Assembly: GCA_951406725.2 (NCBI GenBank)
Contig: OX597819.1
Coordinates: 125,922,001-125,986,000 of the forward strand
Source: Octopus vulgaris
Taxonomy: Eukaryota
Direction: 5' to 3'
Length of the DNA stretch: 64,000 nucleotides
How positions within the stretch are numbered: position 1 is the first letter of the stretch; every line of letters starts with the position of its first letter. Shown in pieces: positions 13,211-26,552 of this stretch. The notes under the pieces are model-generated. The model saw only the letters and a list, made by a program, of their open reading frames with translations. It did no database searches and was not told the origin of the DNA. The translations under genes and the position numbers were made by a program.

Positions 13211-14797
13211 GATGGACTTTGCAAAGGCTGCTAAAAGCAGCCAGAAAAATATCGATTTTAAACAAGTTGGAAGATTCAATGATTTGTTAAAAATGGATGA
13301 AAGTAATGTTAGTGTGACCCCGCACCCAGGAAGTAATGCTGAATCAGAAGGAAATATTGATTATATTTCGAACTCTTTCGGCAGAGAGCCAACCCCCCCC
13401 CCCAGAAATTTTGTCTCAAAGCCAAATTGAAATGGCATTAAAGCCCATATGGAGCGATATAGTACACATTAACAGAGGAAGGAAGTACTGTGCGGTGGAG
13501 GTGAGGTTCAGAGATGCAGCAACCGCCAGGCTGCACTTTCAAAACCCACTAAAATCGAAGGAGGCAATGCTCCTACTCGCCTACCTGGGAAGGCGAACCT
13601 CCAGAGTGAAGGTGGAGGACATACCTCCAGAAATAAATGCAACCTGGCTGGTGGACGCAATCTTGTTGGGCTTGGAGGAGGAAGTGGTGGTCCTCCAAGC
13701 CATGTACACGGACTATAGGAACTGGCAGGAGCAAGGGCTTGAGTTATTGATTCAGGCCACCCTAGTGGTCCTCGAAAAAATTATAGAAACAATAACTGTA
13801 GTGTTGAAGGTGAATGTGGAGGGCAGAATCCCCAGTTGTTACCAATGTGGCAGGATCTCCAGGTGTTACCAATGTGGCCAAAAGGCCCACATTAGGGATG
13901 ACTGCCCTTCACCACCCGCTGACAAAAAGGAAACCGCACATTCGCCTCCACCAGAAATTATCTCAGAGGAACAAGAAGAATGGAAAAAAGAAAAAAGTAA
14001 AAGAAATAAGGACACAGACTGGCAGTGATGAGTCCCACCCCACGCCCACCCAGTGCCCACCGAAGCCCACTTTGTCACACCTTTCCTCTGTAACCACCGA
14101 CCCCCTTACCCCGGCCTACAAAAAACTTACACACACTCACTGGTGTCCCAAGACTCCCAGACCCTCCCCATAAAATATAAAAAAAGATGACAAAGGAACC
14201 AAAGTATTAATCTTCTGTGATCTAATGGACAAACAATTGGTAGCTGAAATAAAGACGTTGGAAAGTATGTGAATGATGCTTGCTTGCCACAAAATCCCCT
14301 CGCATTTGGGATCCGCAATCATAGACATTACAGATAAAAGTGAAACCCTGCGAAATTAAAATAGAAAAAAGACTTACCACACATGATAAGTGCAGAAAAT
14401 TTATATTAAAAATTTAACATCAATGTTGTAGACTTTCTTAAAAAGTAATCAAAAGTGAAATGATGGGCCGAGCGTCATCATTACATCTTTCATTTTTTCA
14501 TTGCGTTCTTTCACCCGTTTTTTTCTTACCCACATGCTTGTATTGTTTTGTATTGCCCCATCTATGTTTAGCCCCTGTGGGATGAAATCCAGAGACGGCT
14601 GAACCAGGTAGTCCCAAGGCCAACAATTCATGTGGAACTGGAGGCATCTTTCCTCAGGGTGTGGGCACAAATGCCAATGGCTTTTGTGAACCGCCTCATG
14701 TACGCCATGTACCGACGGTGCATGGCCGTTTTGAACACCCATGGAGGGCATATACGGTATTGAACATGTCACGCCCCTTTGTGGGTAATAAAGAAAT
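13211..14797 (+). mobile_element. L1/Tx1-clade retrotransposon remnant: ORF1 (gag-like, CCHC zinc knuckle) plus 3' tail, ORF2 missing
   Basis: MDFAKAAK start at 13211, frameshift at the poly-C near 13400, then ORF 13336-14028 with V.VEGRIPSCYQCG...CYQCGQKAHIRDDC followed by an EW..kk.kr motif. Ends ...ctatgtttagcccc[insert]tttgtgggtaataaagaaat. Confidence 0.75.
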
Positions 14798-14819
14798 CAT
14801 TCGTAATTAGGACGCATCA

Positions 14820-15981
14820 GGTAGGACCTGATTGTCAGCAGCGCAGAGAGAATAAGCTATCGGCCGATTGCAAGCAGGGCAGCGTGTCCAAGTTGTTGCG
14901 AAAGCTTACAATGTTCATGTCAGCAACATCTATCACCTGCAACTACACCAACAGCACTGCAGACCATGCCCGCAGAGTGCGCCCCCACCCCGGGTGACTA
15001 TGCCCAGGCAGGACCGCTTCATCCACCTGCAACACCTCCGTGATCGCTTCAGACCAGCCAGCGTGACCATTGACACGGTACGCCGTCGACTGGCCGCCAA
15101 CAACCTGCGTTGCCGTTGTCTTGCTCGAAGGCCTGTCCCCGCCGCCCGCCACTGTCATGTACGACTACAGGAGGCTATACAGCACCGACATTGGCGGCAT
15201 CAACAATGGAGGTCGATAGTCTTTTCTGACGAGATCCGGTACTGCGTTTCCAACTCGGATGGCAGAGTGAGAGTGTGGCGTAGGAGGGGTGAACGCTACA
15301 GAGGCACATGTGTCATAGAGAGTGACGCGTAGGTGGCCAAATCATCATGGTTTGGGGTGCTATGGGCCTGAATCAGAGAACTGGGCACCATGTGTTCCAA
15401 AATCATGGTGCAGGCAGAGGGAATGGCATCACAGCGCTGCGTTAACCAGATCCTAAGACCTCACACCGTGCTCTTTTTTGCGCATCACGATAGCCAGCAG
15501 GACAATGTTCCCTCCCACACAGTGAAGGTCAACACAGACTTCCTGCGTCCACACAACATCAGAACCATGCCGTAGCCGGCTCTCAGCCCGGATTTGAACT
15601 CAATGGAACACCTGTGGGATGAAATCCAGAGATGGCTGAACCAAGCGGTCCTAAGGCCAACAACTCATGTGGAACTGGAGGCAGGGTGTTACCACAGGTG
15701 CTAATGGCTTTTGTGAACCGCCTTATGCACTCCGTGTACCGATGGTGTATTGCCGTTTTGAACACCTAGGAAGGGCATATACGGTATTGAACATGTCACG
15801 CCCTACAATCTCGAAACATTGGATCCACCCACCACCGGAAACACGACAATGACCCATAGACTGTGGTCAAAGTGCATCCAAGAAATTGGCTTCATCAGAT
15901 TTATCAAAATTCATCTCTGACAATGAAATTAGAACATGTTTCACAGTCACACACGTCTCGTGTTTCTCTTGCAGTTCAGTG
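14820..15981 (+). mobile_element. Tc1-family DNA transposon, decayed transposase
   Basis: HTH region AIGRLQAG...VAKAYNVH, TMPRQDRFI, TVRRRL, W..IVFSDE, GRVRVWRRRGERY, QQDN..H, PALSPDLNSMEHLWDEI (DD34E-type). Right end ...gttcagtg followed by TA. Contains stops and frameshifts; left TIR not seen. Confidence 0.9.
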
Positions 15982-16312
15982 TATACCATTGATTGAATAA
16001 ATCGCTTTGTGTTCAAAGTTTGTCTTATTTTCGCTTAAAAAACCGGAATTTTGGACCAAACCAATGTGTGTGTGTGTGTGTGATTGTGTGTTTGTTCCTA
16101 CACAGCTTGACATCAGGTTTAATTAAGTCACTGTAACTTAGCTTTCGCAAAGGAACACAAAATAGTCACCAAGCTCCAAAAAATAAGTTATTAAGTATCA
16201 GGGTCGACTTGTTTGACTAAACCCTTCAATGTAACGCCTCAACATAGCCTTAGTCCAATGGCAAAAAAAAAAGAAGGAATAAAATGGCACCAACAGAGAC
16301 TACGCAAACACT

Positions 16313-16700
16313 AGTGGACGCCCAATGGTTAGGGCAGCGGAGTCGCGGTCGGAGGATCGCGGTTTCGATTCCCAGACCGAGCGTTGTGTGTGTTTATTGA
16401 GCGAAAGCACCTAAAGCTCCACATAGCCCCACCAGGGGGTGGTGGCGACCCCTAATGTACTCTTTCGCCCCAACTTTCTCTCACTCTTTCTTCCTGTTTC
16501 TTGTCCCCGACTTCCTAGGCAACCGCTGAGAGCCTGGATGCGCATTCATCCATCCGTCGATGCTCTCGGTGTCGGGGGTTGACCTGCTTTCTCTTCTGCG
16601 GGTCTTACGAATAGCAAAGGACCACGTTTCAGACTTCTCCCATCTTGTGAGCTCTGGGACGAAGACCGTTCGCTCAACAGCAACAGCATCAACAGCAACG
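16313..16700 (+). mobile_element. SINE family C
   Basis: Near-identical to 5069-5460. Confidence 0.85.
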
Positions 16701-17406
16701 CAAACACTAAGATTCGATGTCTAGGAAGTACTGTTTGAAGTTATAAGCTAATTAACAATACAGGTGAGAGATAATACCGCAAAGGAACGGTCTGCTTATT
16801 AAATATACATATGGTAGGGGTCACAGGTCACAAATATGTAATAAAGTGAACGGAAAAACTTTAATTAGTTGAAATTATTCATGCAATTAGTAGAGAAAAA
16901 ACATCACTCATGGAGTATTTAAAAATCTAAAAACACTATAAGCAAGGAAGATAACTCCAGTGGACCCAACCAACCGAAATTTAAAAGAAAAAAAAAATAG
17001 TGCGGAGAAGGAGTGGGCCTGTTTGATCATGTCTGACGAAACGACTGTCTAGTCTTCATAATTCTTTAAATAAATAAATGAATAAATAAATGTTATGTTC
17101 AGATCATTCATATTTGTATTCTTGGCGTTGCTGTTGTTTCTTGTTGTTTTTCCTTTTTGCTCTTCTTTTAATAAGGAGACGTTTTACAAATTAAATCCTT
17201 ATTTCTAGTCAATGTGCAGCTATAAAAAAAAGAAGATATATATATATATATATAATGTGCATGTGTGTGGTGCGTTTGTGTAGTGTGTGTATGTATGTGT
17301 GCATGAAAGTGCTACCTTTCATGCATTTTGTTGTTGCAGTTGCCGCAGTCTGCTCGTATTTTTAATGTTGTTGTTACTACTATTGCTGCAATCACCGTTA
17401 TAGTTC

Positions 17407-17454
<48 letters not shown>

Positions 17455-17470
17455 TTTTCTGTCTTTCGTT

Positions 17471-17513
<43 letters not shown>

Positions 17514-17686
17514 GTTATTCTTACTTCTTTTTTTCTTTCTTCTCCAATCAGGGAATCAAACTACATTATTCCCGTATTTACCTAAGAGGCGACATTCATC
17601 CTTCTGTGTCACTCAACCATGACTTACCGCGCAGTAAGGTGAGAGAGAGAGAAAGAAAGAGAGGGAGAGAGAGAGAGAGAAAGAGG

Positions 17687-17721
<35 letters not shown>

Positions 17722-18353
17722 ATAGATAGAAGGAAAGAGATAGATAGAAAGAAAGAAAGAAAGACAGAGGAAGAGGAAGAGAGAGGAAACGAGAAAGCAA
17801 GAATCAAAAAGAGAGGGAGAACCAGAGAAAGAGAGGTACAGAGCCTGGGTGAGATTTCGTAATCAAAAGGTTTCTTCCTATTTTTATTTGCTTTTTCTAT
17901 TTTTTCTCCTTTTATCTAGCTGTTTTTTTTTGTTTGCTTTGTTTATTTATTATTTTTAATTTCGCATCTTTATTCTCTTTAATGGATTTAAGACACATCA
18001 TTGCATTATGCTCTCCCTCTCTTTTCTTTGCGATATTGGTTTGTTTTACGCCTGACCTGTCTATATCAAAGATTATACTTCGCCGTATTCTTTATATTGT
18101 TGTTTTTTTGAGGGGGCGTGGGGTGGGGTGGGGGTGATTTTTATGTGTATATTTGTATTTTTGTTAGTTTTGTTACATTTATTTTTTGAACTTTATGTTG
18201 ATGTTCTTCAATTGTTTGTTATATTATGTATTTTTGTTCCATTTTATTCATATTATTATTGTATTGTTGTTTTCATTACAATTATTATTATCATTATTAT
18301 TATCATTATTATTATTATTATTTTTATTATTTTTATTATTATTTTCAATATTT

Positions 18354-18384
<31 letters not shown>

Positions 18385-18408
18385 TTATTATTATTATTAT
18401 TATTGTTA

Positions 18409-18443
<35 letters not shown>

Positions 18444-19082
18444 GCAATTATTATTAGTTCTTTTGTTGTTATCGTTACTGTCGGTGATTTTTTTCTTTTT
18501 TTTTGTGTGTGTATCTTTGTAATTGTTTTTCAGTTTTTGACTCTTTTTCCTTCGCAGTAAGGCATTTTAGAATTAGCAACTCCCAGTATTATAACGTTTC
18601 GAACTACAAAAAAAAAAATAAATAAAAAAATAAAAATAAAACAACAAGAAATACAATTAAAACAATCAGAGAAAAACGAAATGAGAAAACCGAAACACAT
18701 ACACACATATACTCACACAGATACACAGAAAGAAAAAAAAATAATAATAAATAACAATAAAAATATTTTTTGAAAATAATGAAAAATTTTACCTTTGCAA
18801 TTTTGGATTATGTGTTTTTACGGTTGAATGGAAATCAAATTTAAAATATAATAAACTTTTACAACATTAAAATAAAACGAGGAAAGCGGGGCAAAGCAAA
18901 ATAAAATAGAATTTCGTCATTTCTAGGAAAAGACCGCTCACACTATACAGTGATGAATTATAAAAAGAAACAACAAAATCTTTCAAACAAGTAATGGTTT
19001 TCGCTCTCTTCCCGCCTCTCTCTGTATTCATACATACACTTACACGCACACACGTATATATATAAGCATATACATATGTGTA

Positions 19083-19329
<247 letters not shown>

Positions 19330-19427
19330 GTATCATTACATACGCTTGTGTATGTGTATCCGTGTGTATGTCTATAAATATATATGTATTTATACGTATA
19401 TATTATATTTATATATACATAAGTTCA

Positions 19428-19491
<64 letters not shown>

Positions 19492-19505
19492 TGCATATAC
19501 ATATA

Positions 19506-19654
19506 TCACCATGATCACCGTGACCGACCAGGCTATCAGATGTTGCTACACATCACTGGTCACAATGCGCTTTGCATTATTTTAGCCTTCAAATGACGCC
19601 ACCCCACTGGCTAAGCGAGCAGGCCAGCATATACACACATATGTATATGTATAT

Positions 19655-19699
<45 letters not shown>

Positions 19700-19855
19700 T
19701 TATATGCATATATATGTGTATGTATATATATATATGGCCTGCTCGTTTAGCCAGCGGGGTGGCGTCATTTGAAGGCTAAAACAATGCGAAGAGCATTGTG
19801 ACCAGCGATGTGTAGCAACATCTGATAGCCTTGTCGGTCACGGTGATCACGGTGA
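19506..19855. mobile_element. Inverted pair of a ~120-bp TA-embedded repeat (MITE-like arrangement)
   Basis: 19506-19626 is the reverse complement of 19735-19855, with (TA)n inside and TA outside. A single copy lies at 29058-29165. Confidence 0.8.
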
Positions 19856-20199
19856 TATATATATATATATATATATATAAATGCACATACACACATACAC
19901 ACACACACGCACGTACTTATGTATATAATCAATTTCATCACTTAAGTCATTGGGGAAAAGATATGTATCTTCCCAACAAAAAGGGGGAAAAAGAAAAGAG
20001 ACTTGTAATTCACGCTAATCAATTGATATGCATAAGCATAAAATCAATCATAAAGAAAATAATTAATTAGACACTGGAAATAAACCCCAAAGTAATATGA
20101 TAATCTTTGGAAGCATGGTGGAACCCATCAAGTATTAATATAGGTTTATATATGTATATATGAATGCATATAACAAGGAATATAAATATCTATATTTAG

Positions 20200-20994
20200 T
20201 TGAGCAAATCGACCCCAGAACATATTCTTTGTAAGCCTAGTACTTATTCTATTTCTTTACTACCCACAAGGGGCTAAACACAGAGAGGACAAACAAGGAC
20301 AGACAAACGGATTAAGTCGATTACATTCACCCCAGTGGGTAACTGGTAATTAATTTATCGACCCCGAAAGGATGAAAGGCAAAGTCGACCTCGGCGGAAT
20401 TTGAACTCAGAACGTTGCCGAACAGCTAAGTTACGGGGTCGTAAACACACCAACAATGTTTGTCAAGCGATGGTTGTGGGAACCAAACACATACATACAT
20501 GCATACATACATACAAACATACACACATACATACATACATACATACATACATACATACATACATACATACATACATACATACATACATACATACATACAT
20601 ACATACATACATACATACATACATACATACATACATACATACATACATACATACATACATACATACATACATACATACATACATACATACATACATACAT
20701 ACATACATACATACATACATACATACATACATACATACATACATACATACATACATACATACATACATACATACATACATACATACATACATACATACAT
20801 ACATACGTACGTACGTACGTACGTACGTACGTACGTACGTACGTATGTATGTATGTATATGTATATGTATATGCATACGACAGGCTTCTTTCAGTTTCCG
20901 TCTACCAAATCCACTCACAAGGCTTTGGTCGGTCCGAGGCAATAGTAGAAGACATTTGCCAAGAGTGCCACGCAGTGGGACTGAACCCGGAACC

Positions 20995-20997
<3 letters not shown>
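20200..20997 (-). mobile_element. SINE B with nested SINE A fragment and expanded internal (TACA)n/(TACG)n
   Basis: B segments flank an A fragment at ~20250-20413 and a ~390-bp microsatellite at 20488-20875. Confidence 0.8.
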
Positions 20998-21040
<43 letters not shown>

Positions 21041-21089
21041 GTACTTGTTTCAGTCATTTGACTGCGGCCATGCTGGAGCACCGCCTTTA

Positions 21090-21256
21090 GAGTGGTGAAA
21101 GAGTACAGCAGGGATCACCACCATCCCCTGCCGGAGCCTCGTGGAGCTTTTAGGTGTTTTCGCTCAATAAACACACACAACGCCCGGTCTGGGAATCGAA
21201 ACCGCGATCCTCCGACCGCAAGTCCGCTGCCCTAACCACTGGGCCATTGCGCCTCC

Positions 21257-21258
<2 letters not shown>
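21090..21258 (-). mobile_element. SINE C, 5' part
   Basis: Reverse complement of the family C head. Confidence 0.8.
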
Positions 21259-21342
<84 letters not shown>

Positions 21343-21702
21343 GTATATGCATGTATATTCATATGCACATTCATATATACACATTCATGGGCACAGATAG
21401 CACATTCATAAACGTGTGTTCTTTTTTGTTTATTTATAATACTATATTAATATGTATGAATATATATATATTATCTTTTACTTGTTTCAGACTGCTGCGA
21501 TGCTGGGGCACCACCTTGAAAAACTGTTAGTCGAATGAATCGAACACTGTACTTATGTGTTTTAAGCCTTATACTTGTTCTTTCGTTCTTTTATACCGAA
21601 CCACTTAGTTACGGGGGACGTAGATACACACCAGCACCGGTTGCCAGCGGTAGTAGGAGACAAAAACTGACGCAAAAGCACACACACACACACACGCGCA
21701 CG

Positions 21703-21775
<73 letters not shown>

Positions 21776-21825
21776 AAATACACGCACCACAAACACGTCC
21801 CTTTTTGTATCATCTAAGTGCCAGG

Positions 21826-22219
21826 ATGCTAAACACAGAGGGAACAAACAAGGACAGAGAAACGGATTAAGTCGATTACATCGACCCAATGCGTAACTGG
21901 TACTTAATTTATCGACCACGAAAGGATGAAAGGCAAAGTCAACCTCGGCGGAATTTGAACTCAGAACGTAAACGTCAGACGAAATACCTATTTCTTTACT
22001 ACCCACAAGGGGCTAAACACAGAGAGGACAAACAAGGACAGACACACGGATTAAGTCGATTATATCGACCCCAGTGCGTAACTGGTACTTAATTTATCGA
22101 CCCCGAAAGGATGAAAGGCAAAGTCGACCTCGGCGGAATTTGAACTCAGAACGTAAACGGCAGACGAAATACGCTAAGCATTTCGCCCGGCGCGCTAACG
22201 GTTCTGCCAGCTCGCCGCC
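21826..22219 (-). mobile_element. SINE A dimer (full unit plus headless unit)
   Basis: Junction gacgaaatacc|tatttctttactaccc at ~21980-22000. Confidence 0.85.
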
Positions 22220-22539
22220 TTATTAGACGTGAAAATATGGAATATTTCTTTTATGCGTAAATTTCATTTCTCTCCGATTATGTACGGTTCAGCTACGTCT
22301 ATCATTTTACATTCTATATTAATGTTAGTGATTTTATCCTTAAAGGAGTACATAAACAAACTGAAGTTCATACTATGCCTTTTTAATGCTCTCTCTCTCT
22401 CTAAATGAAGCTAAATGATTTACCACTCACATTTTGAAAGTCGTCGAGAATGAACTAATATAAAAGTGCGAAAGTCTACCTGACGGAAACATACACCTGT
22501 ATACTATGTTTTTTTCTCAGACATTGAGCGTTTAGGAGT

Positions 22540-23797
22540 AAGGTTTTATACTTTCCACAGCTACGAAAAATTTTATCGTTACTAACCCTGCCCATATTAG
22601 TGGGACCAGAATTAGATACCCTCTCTGTTTATCTACTGAGCTACTAGTGCTTACATTTCGGATGTAGTTTCGAATTTCCGTGTTATTTTGCCTATCTTTT
22701 AATGCATCTGGTCCAGCTGCGCGAGGAATTGTCATGGTTGTTTTTCTTCCACTGCTTGACTCCATTCTGGTGTTCGTTTCCCTGCTATTGTCCGTAAGTG
22801 CGGTATTCAAAATCTCCCCAGGTTGACTATCTACCGTTTTGGCTCTATTTGCGTGGTTGCTATTATTAAAATTATTATTATTAATATTTCCCTTAAATAC
22901 TTTAATGCGGTCTTTTTTATTCTGGAATTCACATATTCTTCTAGTGTTATGTGCCACTATGATTTGTGTTACGTTTTTGCTGGTGGAAAAAGCCAAACTA
23001 ATAGTGTACCGGTTAAAGATTCTATTGTATTAGCCCGATTTAGGAAAATGCCTATCTATAACAGCAAAAAAAAGTTAACCGAAATGTTGGTAGGTTTTTG
23101 CCTTCCGAATACTGCATTATATAACAATGTAGACCTCGATTTATTTATTCCTTTTTGGATGTCACTATTATTATTTGGAGTTGATTTAATTTTGTGAAAA
23201 CAATTCGTTTTTCTAAGGGGCTTATCCTCGAAGTTGTTACAATCGTTGTGTACTACTAGTACACGGTACATTCCTTTTCGTAAGAGGGTTGTTCCCATTT
23301 TTGGTGCCTGTCCTAGTATTGCTTAAGTTATTAATTTTTCTAGGGGGTCTACCTTCATTATCTTTATCGTGTTTGCCACTATTATTATTGCTTATGTTAC
23401 CAACTCAATCCAATATGCAACTATTTCCGCTATTGCTATTCTGGGTGTTACCTGCTGATTTTACTTTACGCCTATGTTGGTTTTCCAGTTATTAATACAA
23501 TTCATCGTGTCTGTAACTACAATGTTCCCAGTTCCATTTTTACTTGAATTCTTCTTCGTTTAGTTCACGGGTTTATATACTCTTTACTCTCTTTTACTCT
23601 TTTACTTGTTTCAGTCATTTGACTGCAGCAATACTGGAGCACCGCCTTCAGTCGAACAAATAGACCCCGGGACTTATTCTTTGTAAGCCAAGTACTTATT
23701 CTATCGGTCTCCTTTGCCGAACCGCTAAGTGACGGGGACGTAAACACACCAGCATCGGTTGTCAAGCAATGCTAGGGGTACAAACACAGGCACACAG

Positions 23798-23844
<47 letters not shown>

Positions 23845-24198
23845 TACGACAGGCTTCTTTCAGTTTCCGTCTACCAAATCCACTCACGAGGCATTGGTCG
23901 GCTCGGGGCTATAGCTGAAGACACTTGCCCAAGATGCCACGCAGTGGGACTGAACCCGGAACCACACAGCCACTCCTGCGCCTATATTCTTTTCTCTATT
24001 TTACTCTTTTACTTGTTTCAGTCATTTGACTGCGGCCATGCTGGAGCACCGCCTTTAATCGAGCAACTCGACCCGGGACGTATTCTTTTTGTAAGCCCAG
24101 TACTTATTCTATCGGTCTCTCTTTTGCCGAACCGCTAAGTAACGGGGACATAAACACACCAGCATCGGTTGTCAAGCAATGCTAGGGGGACAAACACA

Positions 24199-24262
<64 letters not shown>

Positions 24263-24860
24263 CGACGGACTTCTTTCAGTTTCCGTCTACCAAATCCACT
24301 CACAAGGCTTTGGTCGGCCCGGGGCTATAGTAGAAGACATTTGCCCAAGGTGCCACGCAGTGGGACTGAACCCGGAACCATGTGGCTGGTAAACAAGCTA
24401 CTTACCACACAGCCACTCCTGCGCCTATATAGTAACCTATATATAACCGGCTTCTTTTAGTGCATTATTATAATATTTTTCATTTCTACTAAAGATCTCC
24501 TCATTCGTTGAAAGTTTAGAGATGCGAGTTGAAATGCTATTGATTATATATCCAGCGATATTTTGGGGTGAATACTGTTAAAATTGATATATTTGAGGAT
24601 ATCGTTGGGTTTGTTGTATAGCTGATACTCATTCGTACTCAAACTTGAAAAAGTTAAATAACCTTTTCAAGAATTTTTCTAATTTAACATTGTTAGATTT
24701 ATGTGATGTGAACAGAGCCTCGTCTTTGTATAATCCTATTCCATTCGCACAAATTCCCTACTTATACATGATAGGATATATACAGCAACAAGGGTGGTTG
24801 CTTGATTTATGCAAAGAAGCATTGAAATTGGCCTCACAAGTAAGTTCTATATAGCTCATT
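22540..24860 (-). mobile_element. Penelope-like retroelement RT/thumb/linker remnant, interrupted by two SINE B copies
   Basis: Minus-strand peptides GIGLYKDEALF (LYRDDGL-type RT motif), YNKPNDILKYINFNSIHP, IINSISTRISKLSTNEEIF...YYNNALKEAGY, LLYNAVF...TNISVNFF, AFSTSKNVTQIIVAHN. These are collinear with the KPN..YI..SNHP / RIS.LS / WFNPPF...TNI / SYS..N...II..HN motifs of PLEs. Confidence 0.8.
23576..24427 (-). mobile_element. Two tandem SINE B copies
   Basis: 23576-23985 and 23990-24427, each with the ctcttttacttgtttcagtcatttgactgc tail and the cagccactcctgcgcct head. Confidence 0.9.
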
Positions 24861-25568
24861 ATATTTTAATTAGTAATCAGTAATTGTTCACAATATCTAA
24901 AGCTCAATAATCCACCTAAGGCTAGTGTTTTTAAAATATATACTCTGACCTAATTGAATGTCTACTGTTCTCAATCCGAAGTTCAAGCCTAAGATCACAA
25001 TAGGGTCAAACTCACTGCAGGTTTAATAGTTACATCAGGTTTCCAAATCTTCCTCTCACATTCTTTGTTCGCAGAAACTATAATAAGCAACCAAATATAA
25101 TGATAGCTAAGCCTAAATACACTTAGTTCGCTTCAGACCACGTCAGTAGACGGACTTTGGATGAAGTTGCATTGTCTAATAAGCAGTCAAAAGTAAATGT
25201 GTACAAATGCAATTGCGGGATGGCTGGCTGTGCTACAGAAACGTGTGACGGACACACTTAAATAAAATATGCTGTATAACTGACTTTAGTAAAAAAGGAA
25301 ATATGCAGATGTGCTTAATCTCCGTATCCATTGTCTTACACACACACACACAACAATAATGATAAGGAGAAAGATTTTTCACATCCATAATTTTATGTAA
25401 GTTATTTACAGCATATTTTTCAGACCTACACGTGTTTCAAATGCTGCGACTGCACGCCGTTGGATATGCAAGATAGCATTATGGTCGATACATTTTCCTC
25501 AGGGTCCTTCACCCATGACAGTTTCGAAGGAATACATACATACATACATACATACATACATACATACA

Positions 25569-25601
<33 letters not shown>

Positions 25602-25981
25602 GCATACATACACGACGTAATCATATATATACGTAGTATTTCGTCTGTCTTTACGTTCTGGGTTCAAATTCCGCCGAGGTCGACTTTGCCTTTCATCCTT
25701 TCGGGGTCGATAAATTAAGTACCACTTGCATACTGGGGTCGGCCTAATCGACTGGCCCTCTCCCCCAAAATTTCGGGCCTTGTGGCTAGAGTAGAAAAGA
25801 TATATAATACATACTTATTGTATATATGAGTACATAAATTCGTATACGTTCGCCTGTGAGCATTTGTGACAGTTTATATACATGCAAACTATTATGCGTC
25901 TGTTTATTATGCTTACCATTGTTTAAGCGAAAAACGTTACTATGTAAATTAGATACAGTTTTTTTCTTTTTCTTTCTTTTA

Positions 25982-26017
<36 letters not shown>

Positions 26018-26429
26018 TGTTGTTGTTGCTGTTGTTGTTTTATGTTGTTGATTTTTACACTGAAACAAGTCGAAATGCGGGAGCGTTGACGTCAAATGGA
26101 GTGATTTAAGATTTACTCCTGCGCTGCTTAACAAACGTTAAAACACTAAAAACTAAAACAAGAGCCAAAATAACTGCGGCATTTGACAGTTTGCCGCTAA
26201 CGGACCGCTGGATGGTAATGGGATTGCGAGTCTATGTTTTATCACATTTTTACTTCCGACTTCCTGTTTATAACCCACGTGATTTTGGGCTTTATGGTGA
26301 TTCGGGCGATTCCTGTCGAATGTTATAAAAACGTAAAGAAAAAGGAATATATATTAATATTAAACACCCGCTTCTAAGCTTAAAACATAAAAAAAAATGA
26401 GCATACCCGACTCGAGGTTAATTGTAGTA

Positions 26430-26487
26430 TTAAATGATGATGACAATGATGATGACGACGACGACGACGATGATAATGATAATGATA

Positions 26488-26552
<65 letters not shown>

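Noticed and set aside
13042-13279. ORFs spanning poly-X
   Set aside because: Artefacts of the N gap.
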